IMG/VR virus record: IMGVR_UViG_3300025518_000031 | Location: 1 to 45,401 of that record | DNA: 45,401 nt | Source of the DNA: a virus | Taxonomy: Duplodnaviria; Caudoviricetes | Direction: 5' to 3' (one strand) | Part shown: positions 1 through 8,228 of the stretch, in pieces | Numbering within the stretch: the first letter of the stretch is position 1 | Layout of the letters: every line of letters begins with the position of its first letter | Translations under genes and position numbers: made by a program | Notes under the pieces: model-generated | Told to the model about the DNA's origin: nothing | The model's input: the letters and a program-made list of their open reading frames with translations, nothing else | Database searches by the model: none

Positions 1-23
1 TCACATCTTATTTCCAGCAACAT
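1..23 (-). CDS. 5' start of probable ABC-three-component SMC-like ATPase (DUF2326/LmuB-like), truncated by the window edge
   Basis: ATG at 23-21 reads MLLEIRC..., overlapping the end of the upstream small gene; position and N-terminus fit the third gene of ABC-3C operons; only 7 codons visible. Confidence 0.45.
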
Positions 24-240
24 AATGTAGCAACCTCGTTTCTGCGTCGAATTCTATTTTCCCTAAAGCGTAAAGGCAGTCCAGTATCTCTATAAATTCG
101 CTTATATCACCAACTGTCTTGATCACTGAGTCATATAGTGTTGAGGGTGATGTATCGCCTTGCTCTAATACATTTAACACAACTGGGAATCTGGAGATTA
201 CGCTTCCGTTGAAACTGTTTACCTTATTGGGTAAGCGCAT
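1..240 (-). CDS. ABC-three-component system middle component (LmuC-like small protein)
   Basis: 79 aa from ATG 240: MRLPNKVNSFNGSVI...EFIEILDCLYALGKIEF; overlaps the stop of the upstream CTD-bearing gene. Confidence 0.75.
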   Translation of the reverse strand: MRLPNKVNSFNGSVISRFPVVLNVLEQGDTSPSTLYDSVIKTVGDISEFIEILDCLYALGKIEFDAETRLLHYVAGNKM

Positions 241-1486
241 GGAACACCTCACAATTCTGCACAAAGAATGCCACAATTATTTCGCAGGCGAGCGAACTTC
301 TCGCTTTCCCTTTCTTTTTGAACCACTCTACTAATTGCGTGAATATTTCTTCTTGCTTCAGCCCGATTGAAGAAAGCTTCCTGTAACTGCGCTGGACATC
401 ATTCGCCACGTCTTCGAAGTTCAGTATTCCTTCGCGCTCCATTTGTGAGAACACAGATTTAATAAATGTGTAATACTGCACCACAAAGCCTTGGGTTTTT
501 ATGATTAGTGGCACATTACTGGATATTTTCTCTTTAATCCGTAGAGCGTTATACTCAAGGGTATCCGATAGTTGTTCTGCAGATGCAAAGGGTATCTGCC
601 TCAATACTGCTTCTATCTGTTCTTCCAGATACATTTTATCCAGCATTACAGAGGCATCGAAATTTCGCCTTAAACTGTCCTTGGTATCCAGTAATTGCCT
701 GCATTCCTCCTTAGTGGTATGCAGTTTGTATCGATTCGCACATTCAAGGCAGAGAGCAATTTTATTGTTGTTTGTCTCCGGGTCATAGGTATTGTTTATC
801 AAATCACCTAACTCCGTTCTTTCATCATCAGTAGGCCGAAGCGGGATAATCGGTGTGATCGCGTATCCGGGAAGGCTGTGGTTGTTCTTGTCGTTAACAA
901 GTGGTTTCCCGCAAGAGGGACAGACACTGTTCGCTTCCAAAAGCAGATAAATGTCTGATTCTGGAAGCGCCCTCGGTCGTGCAGGCGAGAGCGGAAGCAG
1001 TTCATCACTCGTTTCCATGCCTTTTTTATCAGCACATAACTTATTGGGTTTTTTTATTGCATATAAAAACACTTTTGCCAGAAACTCAGCTAGAGAATCC
1101 CCATCTCCTAATGCAAGGAAGTCAGTTTGTTTGCGCTTCGGTATTCCAACATCGGACATAATAAGTTCTCTTAAATCAGCAATCAAATCAGCGACTAAAT
1201 CAGGCATTATTTCTGGAATGACAACATCATCAAAATAATCACGAGCAGCGTTTATAATTTTGGGGGTGCCAGAGGCATCCTTTATTTTTTTGCGCAAATT
1301 GTCCTTGTGGTTGAGAAGGCGACTGGCATGTTTATCAGAAACGTCAAACGGCTCGCCGTGCTGATTTCTGACATCCTCGTTGTCGATAATCAACCCCAAC
1401 AGTAAACTCACTACATGTTTATTGTCGTCAGCTGCAAGGGTTTTTTGTAGGAGTTTTGCGTATGTCCCAAAACACAATCTCCCCAT
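224..1486 (-). CDS. ABC-three-component effector-like protein: putative N-terminal HTH, degenerate HNH/Zn domain, C-terminal ABC-3C CTD
   Basis: CPSC...NKIALCLEC Zn/HNH scaffold; C-terminus ACEIIVAFFVQNCEVF typical of ABC-3C CTDs; VSDKHASRLLNH resembles an XRE recognition helix. Confidence 0.72.
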   Translation of the reverse strand: MGRLCFGTYAKLLQKTLAADDNKHVVSLLLGLIIDNEDVRNQHGEPFDVSDKHASRLLNHKDNLRKKIKDASGTPKIINAARDYFDDVVIPEIMPDLVADLIADLRELIMSDVGIPKRKQTDFLALGDGDSLAEFLAKVFLYAIKKPNKLCADKKGMETSDELLPLSPARPRALPESDIYLLLEANSVCPSCGKPLVNDKNNHSLPGYAITPIIPLRPTDDERTELGDLINNTYDPETNNNKIALCLECANRYKLHTTKEECRQLLDTKDSLRRNFDASVMLDKMYLEEQIEAVLRQIPFASAEQLSDTLEYNALRIKEKISSNVPLIIKTQGFVVQYYTFIKSVFSQMEREGILNFEDVANDVQRSYRKLSSIGLKQEEIFTQLVEWFKKKGKARSSLACEIIVAFFVQNCEVFHALTQ

Positions 1487-1510
1487 ATAAGCCGCATCCT
1501 TCCCATCTCA

Positions 1511-1540
1511 AGGTCAAAATCAGGTCAAAAACAGGTCAAA
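1511..1540. repeat. Three direct repeats AGGTCAAA, 11-bp period; operator-like
   Basis: Copies at 1511-1518, 1522-1529, 1533-1540, just upstream of the 1486 start in the divergent intergenic region. Confidence 0.7.
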
Positions 1541-1815
1541 CTGCGAGGAAATACTTTTGAGTCGCCACCAGGTATCATTTTCTTGTGGGTTACACGATTT
1601 TTGCTGGGGCGGTGATATCGACTGACAGCTAATGCTTCACTAAACGTGACTTTAGTGTGCGCAACCAGTTAAGTACAAAAATTCATTAAAGATTATAACA
1701 CATATTTTAAAATAAATAAACCTATTTATCTGAAACTCAATGTAAATACGTGTAAAACTGCATTATACCGAAAGCATCGATAGTCAACCAAACGAAAAAG
1801 AAAGGAGGACAAGCC

Positions 1816-1974
1816 TTGAAAGAAGTCAGAAACCTTGATGACAAGCGGGTTTGCGATATCAGCAGTGATTCAAAGGTCGCTGAAATCGCAAAAAAAGACT
1901 GCATCACAAGAATCAGAGCTAAACCAGACGGGACTCTTCAGATCACCCATGAGCGAATCACTGTAAAAGCCTAA
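1816..1974 (+). CDS. Small hypothetical protein (52 aa), first gene of the early operon; not in the ORF track
   Basis: AAAGGAGG RBS at 1801-1808, TTG 1816, MKEVRNLDDKRVCDIS...HERITVKA, TAA 1972-1974. Confidence 0.7.
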   Translation: MKEVRNLDDKRVCDISSDSKVAEIAKKDCITRIRAKPDGTLQITHERITVKA

Positions 1975-1988
1975 ACAAGTAAATAAGA

Positions 1989-2115
1989 GAAATCCGCCCG
2001 AACGCAAGACGGCAGCGCGGAACTCCCGAACTAGGGGGTTCACCTGCCGTCTATTTCGTTTAAGCGGATTCAAGCGGCTCTGGCGGATTTCAGAAATCTG
2101 AAAGCCAAAGGAGCC
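1989..2115 (+). promoter_or_regulatory. Structured leader RNA with alternative pairings that cover the RBS of the sigma-like gene
   Basis: Nested stems 1991-1997/2064-2070, 2007-2015/2044-2052, 2020-2027/2034-2041; second hairpin 2076-2115 includes AAGGAG; competing 10-bp pair 1989-1998/2082-2091. Confidence 0.6.
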
Positions 2116-2120
2116 AAATT

Positions 2121-2618
2121 ATGTCAAGAAAGTACAAGACTAGTAAAAAGAACCGCACTACCTACATTTATTACGGCCCTAACGGTCAGAAAATCATGGA
2201 ACTGATACCCGGCGAGAATGGCGTAACCGAAGCCTTAGTCGAAGAGCTTCACGCTATGGACGACACAGATGTTAACGAACAACGCCGTTATGACTACCGC
2301 GTCACTGAGCATCTGGACGCCTACCACGATGGCGACGGCGAGGAGGCAGGCGACCGTAACAAACGTCTTGCCGATAACCGGGCAAACCCGGAGACTGTCC
2401 TCATTGCTCAGGAGGACGACACTGCATACGCAGAAACCTTGTTCCGGCTCAGCAACGCGATGGAAAGCCTTGAGCTCCAACAGCGTACCCTCTTTGAAAA
2501 GAAATACGTTTCCAAACGCTCCAACACGGACATTGCCGCTGAAGAAGGTGTGAGTGAGACGGTTATCAGAAAGCGCTTGAGAAAAATGCATGACAAGCTC
2601 CGTAAATTCTTCCCCTAA
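2121..2618 (+). CDS. Phage sigma-70 region 4 (sigma-like) transcription factor
   Basis: C-terminal LELQQRTLFEKKY...SNTDIAAEEGVSETVIRKRLRKMHDKLRKFF HTH; RBS AAGGAG. Confidence 0.82.
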   Translation: MSRKYKTSKKNRTTYIYYGPNGQKIMELIPGENGVTEALVEELHAMDDTDVNEQRRYDYRVTEHLDAYHDGDGEEAGDRNKRLADNRANPETVLIAQEDDTAYAETLFRLSNAMESLELQQRTLFEKKYVSKRSNTDIAAEEGVSETVIRKRLRKMHDKLRKFFP

Positions 2619-2624
2619 AAAGGG

Positions 2625-2653
2625 GGTTCGAACAGACCAGTTTTTTCGCTTAT
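2625..2653 (+). promoter_or_regulatory. Repeated promoter-like motif GGTTCGAA-N15-GCnTAT, copy 1
   Basis: Same boxes and spacing as copies at 6931 and 41464; precedes the replication operon. Confidence 0.65.
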
Positions 2654-2695
2654 TGGTGAGGGGCAGAAAACGCCCCCGGAAAGGAGGCAAAAAAA

Positions 2696-2905
2696 ATGGG
2701 TCTGAAGCACAAAGTCACTATCAGCGTGACCAAACCCGACGGCATCCGCGACCCGGTGCTGAAAAGCGGCTGGCAGACAATCCGCAGCAGACTGCTGACC
2801 CTGCTGTTCGGCGAGAAGGCGGACATCCTCGTGATCACGCCCGGCGACTCAGTCGAAACAGTGGAAATCAAGGAAATCAGGAAAGGAGGCGCGGAGCATG
2901 AGTAA
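2696..2905 (+). CDS. Small phage hypothetical protein
   Basis: AGGAGG RBS, 69 aa, overlaps next gene. Confidence 0.75.
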   Translation: MGLKHKVTISVTKPDGIRDPVLKSGWQTIRSRLLTLLFGEKADILVITPGDSVETVEIKEIRKGGAEHE

Positions 2906-3221
2906 AACCAAGCTGCTTCTAGATGTGGTGTCTGACCTGCGGTCGCTAGCCGGCAGCATCCAGGCGGTCGCGGGATCAATGGTAGACAACGAGCCTGCTA
3001 AGGCTGTACAACCGAAAACGCCAGTACCGGAACCGGAATCAAAGCCCGAAAAGAAGCCGATTCCGCTGGAGCAAGTCCGGGCGGTGCTGGCCGAGAAATC
3101 CCACAACGGTTTTACCGCCGAGGTTCGGGGGCTGCTGGAAAAGCACGGCGCGAAGAAACTCAGCGAAATCGATCCGGCGAATTATGCAGCTCTCATCAGG
3201 GACGCGGAGGGGCTGAAATGA
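2898..3221 (+). CDS. Phage hypothetical protein of the replication module
   Basis: RBS; Pro/Lys linker then LEQVRAVLAEKSHNGFTAEVRGLLEKHGAKKLSEIDPANY helical domain usually found upstream of DUF2800. Confidence 0.75.
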   Translation: MSKTKLLLDVVSDLRSLAGSIQAVAGSMVDNEPAKAVQPKTPVPEPESKPEKKPIPLEQVRAVLAEKSHNGFTAEVRGLLEKHGAKKLSEIDPANYAALIRDAEGLK

Positions 3222-4354
3222 GTGGAGAAAAACAGCATTTCCTGCTCTCCCCTTCCGCCGCCCACCGCTGGATGGCTTGCACTCCATCGGCCCGGCTGGA
3301 ACTGGAGTTTGACGACACCTCCGGCACCGCAGCTGATGAGGGGACGGCCGCCCACGCTCTGGCGGAACACAAACTGCGGAAAGCCCTGAAGATGCGCTCT
3401 AAGAAACCTATCTCCAAGTACGACTGTGACGAGATGGATGGCTACACGGACGGCTACGTTGCTTTCATCTTGGAGCAAATCGCCCAGGCGAAGCTGTCCT
3501 GCACCGATCCGCTAGTACTTATCGAGCAGAAGCTGGACTTCTCCCGATATGTGAAAGACGGCTACGGCACCGGTGACTTCTTGCTCATCACAGACGGAAC
3601 GCTCCACGTTGTCGACTTCAAGTACGGTCAGGGCGTTCTGGTCGAGGCCGAGAACAATCCGCAAATGAAGTTGTACGCAATCGGCGCTCTGGAACTGTTT
3701 GATGGCATTTACGACATCAGTACGGTGTCCATGACCATCTACCAGCCCCGCCGTGAAAACGTCAGCACCCACACTGTATTCAAGGAATCGCTTTACCAAT
3801 GGGCGGAGGAAGTCCTGAAACCAACGGCAGTAATTGCTTTTGAGGGCGGGGGGGAGTACATCCCTGGTGAGCATTGCCAGTTCTGCCGGGCGGCCGTTAA
3901 GTGCCGGGCGAGGGCAGAGGCCAAGCTGAAACTAGCCGCCTTCGAATTCGCCCTGCCGCCACTACTCTCTGACGAGGAGATCTCCGAGGTTCTGGCCGCC
4001 ATCGGTGACCTGACCAGCTGGGCCAATGAGATTATGGCCTACGCCACTGATGCCGCCGTGAACCACGGTAAGGAATGGCCCGGATTTAAGGTGGTTGAGG
4101 GACGCTCCAACCGCAGGTATTCCGACGAGGAAGCTGTCGCGGAAGCTGCAAAAGCTGCGGGGTACCGCGACATCTACAAGCAAAGCCTGATTACCATTAC
4201 AGAAATGGAGCGCTTGATGACCAAGCCTAAATTCAACGAAATCCTAGGCAGGCTAATTGAAAAGCCGCCAGGTAAGCCGACGCTGGTTCCGCTCTCGGAC
4301 AAGCGCCCGGCGATGAATATATCCAACGCCAAAATTGATTTTACGGAGGAATGA
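3218..4354 (+). CDS. DUF2800 Cas4-like PD-(D/E)xK exonuclease
   Basis: LSPSAAHRWMAC, EGTAAH, GTGD...VDFKYG, QMKLYA, HCQFC..C motifs. Confidence 0.88.
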   Translation: MSGEKQHFLLSPSAAHRWMACTPSARLELEFDDTSGTAADEGTAAHALAEHKLRKALKMRSKKPISKYDCDEMDGYTDGYVAFILEQIAQAKLSCTDPLVLIEQKLDFSRYVKDGYGTGDFLLITDGTLHVVDFKYGQGVLVEAENNPQMKLYAIGALELFDGIYDISTVSMTIYQPRRENVSTHTVFKESLYQWAEEVLKPTAVIAFEGGGEYIPGEHCQFCRAAVKCRARAEAKLKLAAFEFALPPLLSDEEISEVLAAIGDLTSWANEIMAYATDAAVNHGKEWPGFKVVEGRSNRRYSDEEAVAEAAKAAGYRDIYKQSLITITEMERLMTKPKFNEILGRLIEKPPGKPTLVPLSDKRPAMNISNAKIDFTEE

Positions 4355-4359
4355 AAACC

Positions 4360-4938
4360 ATGACAAACACCGCTAACCGCACAAACCCGAACCCGGGAAA
4401 GAACCCCATGAAAGTCGTCACCGGCATCGTACGCCTATCCTACGCCAACGTGTGGGAGCCCAAGTCCATCAATGGCGGCACCGAGAAGTACAGCGTCAGC
4501 CTGATCATCCCCAAGTCGGATACCAAGACCATCGCGGCCATCAACGCCGCTGTGGACGCCGCCATTGAGGAAGGCAAGGTCAAACTCGGCGGCAAGGTGC
4601 CAAACAAGGCTGCCCTCAAACTACCCCTACGGGACGGCGACATCGACCGCCCGGATGATGAAGCTTACGCAAACAGCTATTTTATCAACGCCAACTCCAA
4701 TACCGCGCCACAGATAGTGGACAGGCAGTTAAACCCCATTCTTGACCGCAGCGAGGTCTATTCCGGCGTGTATGCGAGGGTGTCTATAAGCCTTTATGCT
4801 TTCAACACTAACGGCAACAAAGGAATCGCCTGCGGACTTGGCAACATCCAGAAAATCCGTGACGGCGAGCCGCTGGGCGGGCGTTCTAACGCAGCTGATG
4901 ACTTCGCCACCGACGCAGACGACGATTTCCTGTCATGA
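4360..4938 (+). CDS. DUF2815 phage single-stranded DNA-binding protein
   Basis: VRLSYANVWEP, LPLRDGD, YSGVYAR, GIACGLGNIQK and acidic tail DDDFLS; RBS GGAGGA. Confidence 0.88.
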   Translation: MTNTANRTNPNPGKNPMKVVTGIVRLSYANVWEPKSINGGTEKYSVSLIIPKSDTKTIAAINAAVDAAIEEGKVKLGGKVPNKAALKLPLRDGDIDRPDDEAYANSYFINANSNTAPQIVDRQLNPILDRSEVYSGVYARVSISLYAFNTNGNKGIACGLGNIQKIRDGEPLGGRSNAADDFATDADDDFLS

Positions 4939-6923
4939 CGATTAAGCAGAACAGCGAGGTGGGAGGGGCCTTCCCTCCCGCCTCAATAAAAAGCATCTTC
5001 TGCGACGTGGAGACCTTCTCCAGCCGTGAGCTAGACAAGTGCGGCGTATTTAAGTACGCGGAAGCGCCGGACTTTGAAATACTTTTGTTTGGCTTTAGCG
5101 TTGACGGCGGCGAAGTTCAGGTTGTTGACCTTGCCAGCGGCGAAAACCTGCCGCCTGAAATCCGCGCTGCCCTGACAGATGAGAGCGTCATCAAATGGGC
5201 GCATAACGCCCAGTTTGAAAGAATTTGCCTATCACGACACCTTGGGCTGCGATACCTTCCGGCCGCGAGCTGGCGTTGTACTATGATCTGGTCTGCTTAC
5301 CTTGGCTTGCCGCTTTCACTTGAGGGTGCCACGCTGGCCACAGGCGCGGAAAAACATAAACTGGCCGGGGGCAAGGATTTAATCCGTTATTTCTGCCAGC
5401 CTTGCAAGCCCACTAAGGCAAACGGCGGCAGAACGCGGAACCTGCCGGAGCACGACCCCCAAAAGTGGGCGCAGTTTAAAGCATACAACGCCCGCGATGT
5501 GGAAGCAGAAATAGAGATAGCCAGGAAATTCTCCAAGTTCCCCGTGCCGGAAGATGAGTGGAAAAACTATATACTCGATCAGGAGATTAACGACCGGGGC
5601 ATCCGGCTGGATATGGAACTGGTTAGGCAAGCAATCAGCTGTGATGAACGCTCAAGGGTGGAACTGACTAGGGTCATGCGGGAACTTACCGATCTGGAAA
5701 ACCCTAACTCGGTAGCTCAGGTGAAGGCATGGCTGGTTGAGCACGGGCTAGAAACAGATACGCTCGGCAAGGCGGCGGTTAGGGAACTGCTGAAAACAGC
5801 GCCGGGGAATCTGGCCGAGGTGTTGACCCTCAGGCAATCTCTCGCCAAAAGCAGCGTGAAGAAATACACGGCGATGGAGAACGTTGTCGGTTCCGACGGC
5901 AGGGCCAGGGGGCTACTGCAGTTCTACGGCGCGAGCCGAACCGGCAGATTCGCCGGCAGGCTCATCCAGGTTCAGAATCTACCAAGGAACAATCTGCCGG
6001 ATATAGTACAGGCGCGGCAACTCGTAAAAGCCGGGGACTTTGATACGCTGGAAGCTCTTTACGACTCCGCGCCTGCTGTCCTCTCGGAACTCATCCGCAC
6101 GGCGTTTATCCCAAAGCCAGGCTTTAAGTTTATCGTGGCTGATTTCAGTTCAATAGAAGCTATGGTCATCGCTTGGCTCGCGGGGGAAAAGTGGAAAATG
6201 GACGTCTTTGCCGGGAACGGGAAGATCTATGAGGCAACAGCTGCCCGCATGTTCAATGTGCCAATTGAATCCGTCACCAAAGGAAGCCTGCTCCGGCAAA
6301 AAGCCAAGCAAACAGAACTGGCCTGTGGCTACGGGGGGTCAGTCGGCGCGCTTAAAGCGATGGGCGCACTTGATATGGGTATCGCTGAAGAAGAACTTAA
6401 ACCGCTGGTGAACGCCTGGCGAAGCGCCAACCCCAATATTGTGAGTTTTTGGTGGGACGTTGGCCGCGCCGCGATGACCGCTGTCAAAGAAAGAACATGC
6501 GCAGAAACCCACGGCATCCGTTTCTCTTACCAGAGTGGGTTCCTGTTCATCACGCTTCCCTCCGGCAGACGGTTGGCTTACGTCAAGCCGCGCATCGAGC
6601 TTAACCGCTTTGGCAGTGAGACGGTGACTTACGAGGGTGTGGGACAAACCAAGAAGTGGGAGCGCATCGAAAGCTACGGCCCGAAATCCGTGGAGAACAT
6701 CGTGCAGGCAATCAGCCGCGACATCCTCTGCCACGCCATGCGGCGGCTGGATGACGCCGGGCTTTCCATCGTGATGCACGTCCACGATGAAGTGGTGATC
6801 GAAGCGCCGCCTAGTGTGTCGCCGGAGGAAGTCTGCCGCCTTATGAGCGAGACGCCGCCTTGGGCCAAGGGGCTTCCGCTTCGCGCCGATGGGTTTGCTT
6901 GCCAATTTTATAAAAAAGACTGA
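4935..6923 (+). CDS. Phage DNA polymerase, family A, with 3'-5' exonuclease
   Basis: Exo DVET, AHNAQFER, YNARD; TGRF; motif A DFSSIE; motif B RQKAKQTELACGYG; motif C HVHDE. Confidence 0.93.
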   Translation: MTIKQNSEVGGAFPPASIKSIFCDVETFSSRELDKCGVFKYAEAPDFEILLFGFSVDGGEVQVVDLASGENLPPEIRAALTDESVIKWAHNAQFERICLSRHLGLRYLPAASWRCTMIWSAYLGLPLSLEGATLATGAEKHKLAGGKDLIRYFCQPCKPTKANGGRTRNLPEHDPQKWAQFKAYNARDVEAEIEIARKFSKFPVPEDEWKNYILDQEINDRGIRLDMELVRQAISCDERSRVELTRVMRELTDLENPNSVAQVKAWLVEHGLETDTLGKAAVRELLKTAPGNLAEVLTLRQSLAKSSVKKYTAMENVVGSDGRARGLLQFYGASRTGRFAGRLIQVQNLPRNNLPDIVQARQLVKAGDFDTLEALYDSAPAVLSELIRTAFIPKPGFKFIVADFSSIEAMVIAWLAGEKWKMDVFAGNGKIYEATAARMFNVPIESVTKGSLLRQKAKQTELACGYGGSVGALKAMGALDMGIAEEELKPLVNAWRSANPNIVSFWWDVGRAAMTAVKERTCAETHGIRFSYQSGFLFITLPSGRRLAYVKPRIELNRFGSETVTYEGVGQTKKWERIESYGPKSVENIVQAISRDILCHAMRRLDDAGLSIVMHVHDEVVIEAPPSVSPEEVCRLMSETPPWAKGLPLRADGFACQFYKKD

Positions 6924-6930
6924 TCCAGAG

Positions 6931-6959
6931 GGTTCGAATCTCCCCTGAATTTCGCGTAT
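6931..6959 (+). promoter_or_regulatory. Repeated promoter-like motif GGTTCGAA-N15-GCnTAT, copy 2
   Basis: GGTTCGAA 6931-6938, GCGTAT 6954-6959; upstream of the antirepressor. Confidence 0.65.
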
Positions 6960-7014
6960 GGATAGGAGCCGTTTATACCGCTCCGAAAATCCATTTTTTC
7001 AGGAGGGTTCCATT

Positions 7015-7806
7015 ATGAAGTCACTACAGGTTTTCAGCAACACAGAGTTCGGGATACTTGGCGTACTGACCATTGACGGCAAAGAAATGTTCCCCGCGAC
7101 AGAGTGCGCCAGGCTGCTCGGATACGCCGACCCATACGACGCGGTTAAGCGGCACACAAAGGGGTCGGTGAAACACCGAGTCCTTACTCCGGGCGGTGAA
7201 CAGCAGATCAACTTTATCACCGAGGGCGACTTATACCGGCTGATCGTCCACAGCAAGCTTCCCTCCGCCGAAAGGTTCGAGCGCTGGGTGTTTGACGAGG
7301 TTCTCCCGTCCGTCCGCAGACACGGTCTTTATGCCGTCGATGAGCTGCTTGCCGACCCGGACCTATGGATTAAGGCATTGCAGGAACTTAAGGCGGAACG
7401 GGCAAAAAATGCCGCCCTTACCGCAACGGTCAGTGTCCAGCGGCAGCAGATTGCCGAGATGAAGCCCAAAGCCAGCTACTATGACGTGGTTCTGAACTGC
7501 AAGGATGCCGTGGCGATTACCACCATCGCTAAAGACTACGGCAAGTCCGGGCGCTGGCTTAACGAATACCTGCACAGCTTGGGCGTGCAGTTCAGGCAGG
7601 GCAACATCTGGCTGCTGTACCAGAAATACGCGCGGCACGGATACACCGTAACCAAGACCCACAGCTATCCCGGCAGCGACGGGGAGATCCACGCCAAAGT
7701 GCACACTTACTGGACGCAGAAGGGGCGGCTGTTCATCTATGAATTGCTGAAATCACAGGGTTGTCTGCCGCTGATTGAGCAGGGGCTTGAGTTCGAACAG
7801 GTGTAG
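7015..7806 (+). CDS. Phage antirepressor (BRO-N + ANT/KilAC)
   Basis: FSNTEFG, ITEGDLYRLI..SKLPSAERFERWVFDEVLPSVR, KPKASYYD, TYWTQKGRLFIY. Confidence 0.9.
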   Translation: MKSLQVFSNTEFGILGVLTIDGKEMFPATECARLLGYADPYDAVKRHTKGSVKHRVLTPGGEQQINFITEGDLYRLIVHSKLPSAERFERWVFDEVLPSVRRHGLYAVDELLADPDLWIKALQELKAERAKNAALTATVSVQRQQIAEMKPKASYYDVVLNCKDAVAITTIAKDYGKSGRWLNEYLHSLGVQFRQGNIWLLYQKYARHGYTVTKTHSYPGSDGEIHAKVHTYWTQKGRLFIYELLKSQGCLPLIEQGLEFEQV

Positions 7807-7808
7807 CC

Positions 7809-8228
7809 ATGGACAGGTTTAATGCCGAAGGCTATCCCGATCCCACCGCTGCTGAAGCGCTGGCGAACATAGCGCGTGAGGAAAAGGCAAGAAACTGGAA
7901 ACCCTGCGTGTTCATCTGCTCACCATTTGCGGGCGATATTGACCGAAATACGCTGAACGCAAGGCGGTATCTGAAGTTCGCGATAGACAAGGGCGTAATC
8001 CCCTTTGCGCCCCATCTGCTCTATCCGCCAGTATTGGACGAGCATGACCCTGCCCAGCGTGAACTGGGCCTGTACTTCGGTATGGTCTGGCTCGGCAAGT
8101 GTGACGAGCTTTGGGTATTCGGAAGTTACATTTCATCCGGGATGGGCGCGGAAATCGCCAGGGCGAGGAAACGCCGTATCCCCATCAGGTATTTCACGGA
8201 AAACTGCGAGGAGGTGCAGGGCATATGA
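7809..8228 (+). CDS. DUF4406/nucleoside deoxyribosyltransferase-like phage protein
   Basis: NAEGYPDPTA; VFICSPFAG, PFAPHL, CDELWVFG..ISSGMGAEI. Confidence 0.78.
   Translation: MDRFNAEGYPDPTAAEALANIAREEKARNWKPCVFICSPFAGDIDRNTLNARRYLKFAIDKGVIPFAPHLLYPPVLDEHDPAQRELGLYFGMVWLGKCDELWVFGSYISSGMGAEIARARKRRIPIRYFTENCEEVQGI

Noticed and set aside
1487-2120. LexA (GAAC-N4-GTTC) box in the early control region
   Set aside because: No correctly spaced match seen by eye; GAAC..GTTC at 2028-2041 has N6 spacing and belongs to the RNA hairpin
3218-4354. Cas4-like nuclease as part of CRISPR-Cas
   Set aside because: No array or other cas genes; it sits in the usual DUF2800-SSB-PolA phage replication module
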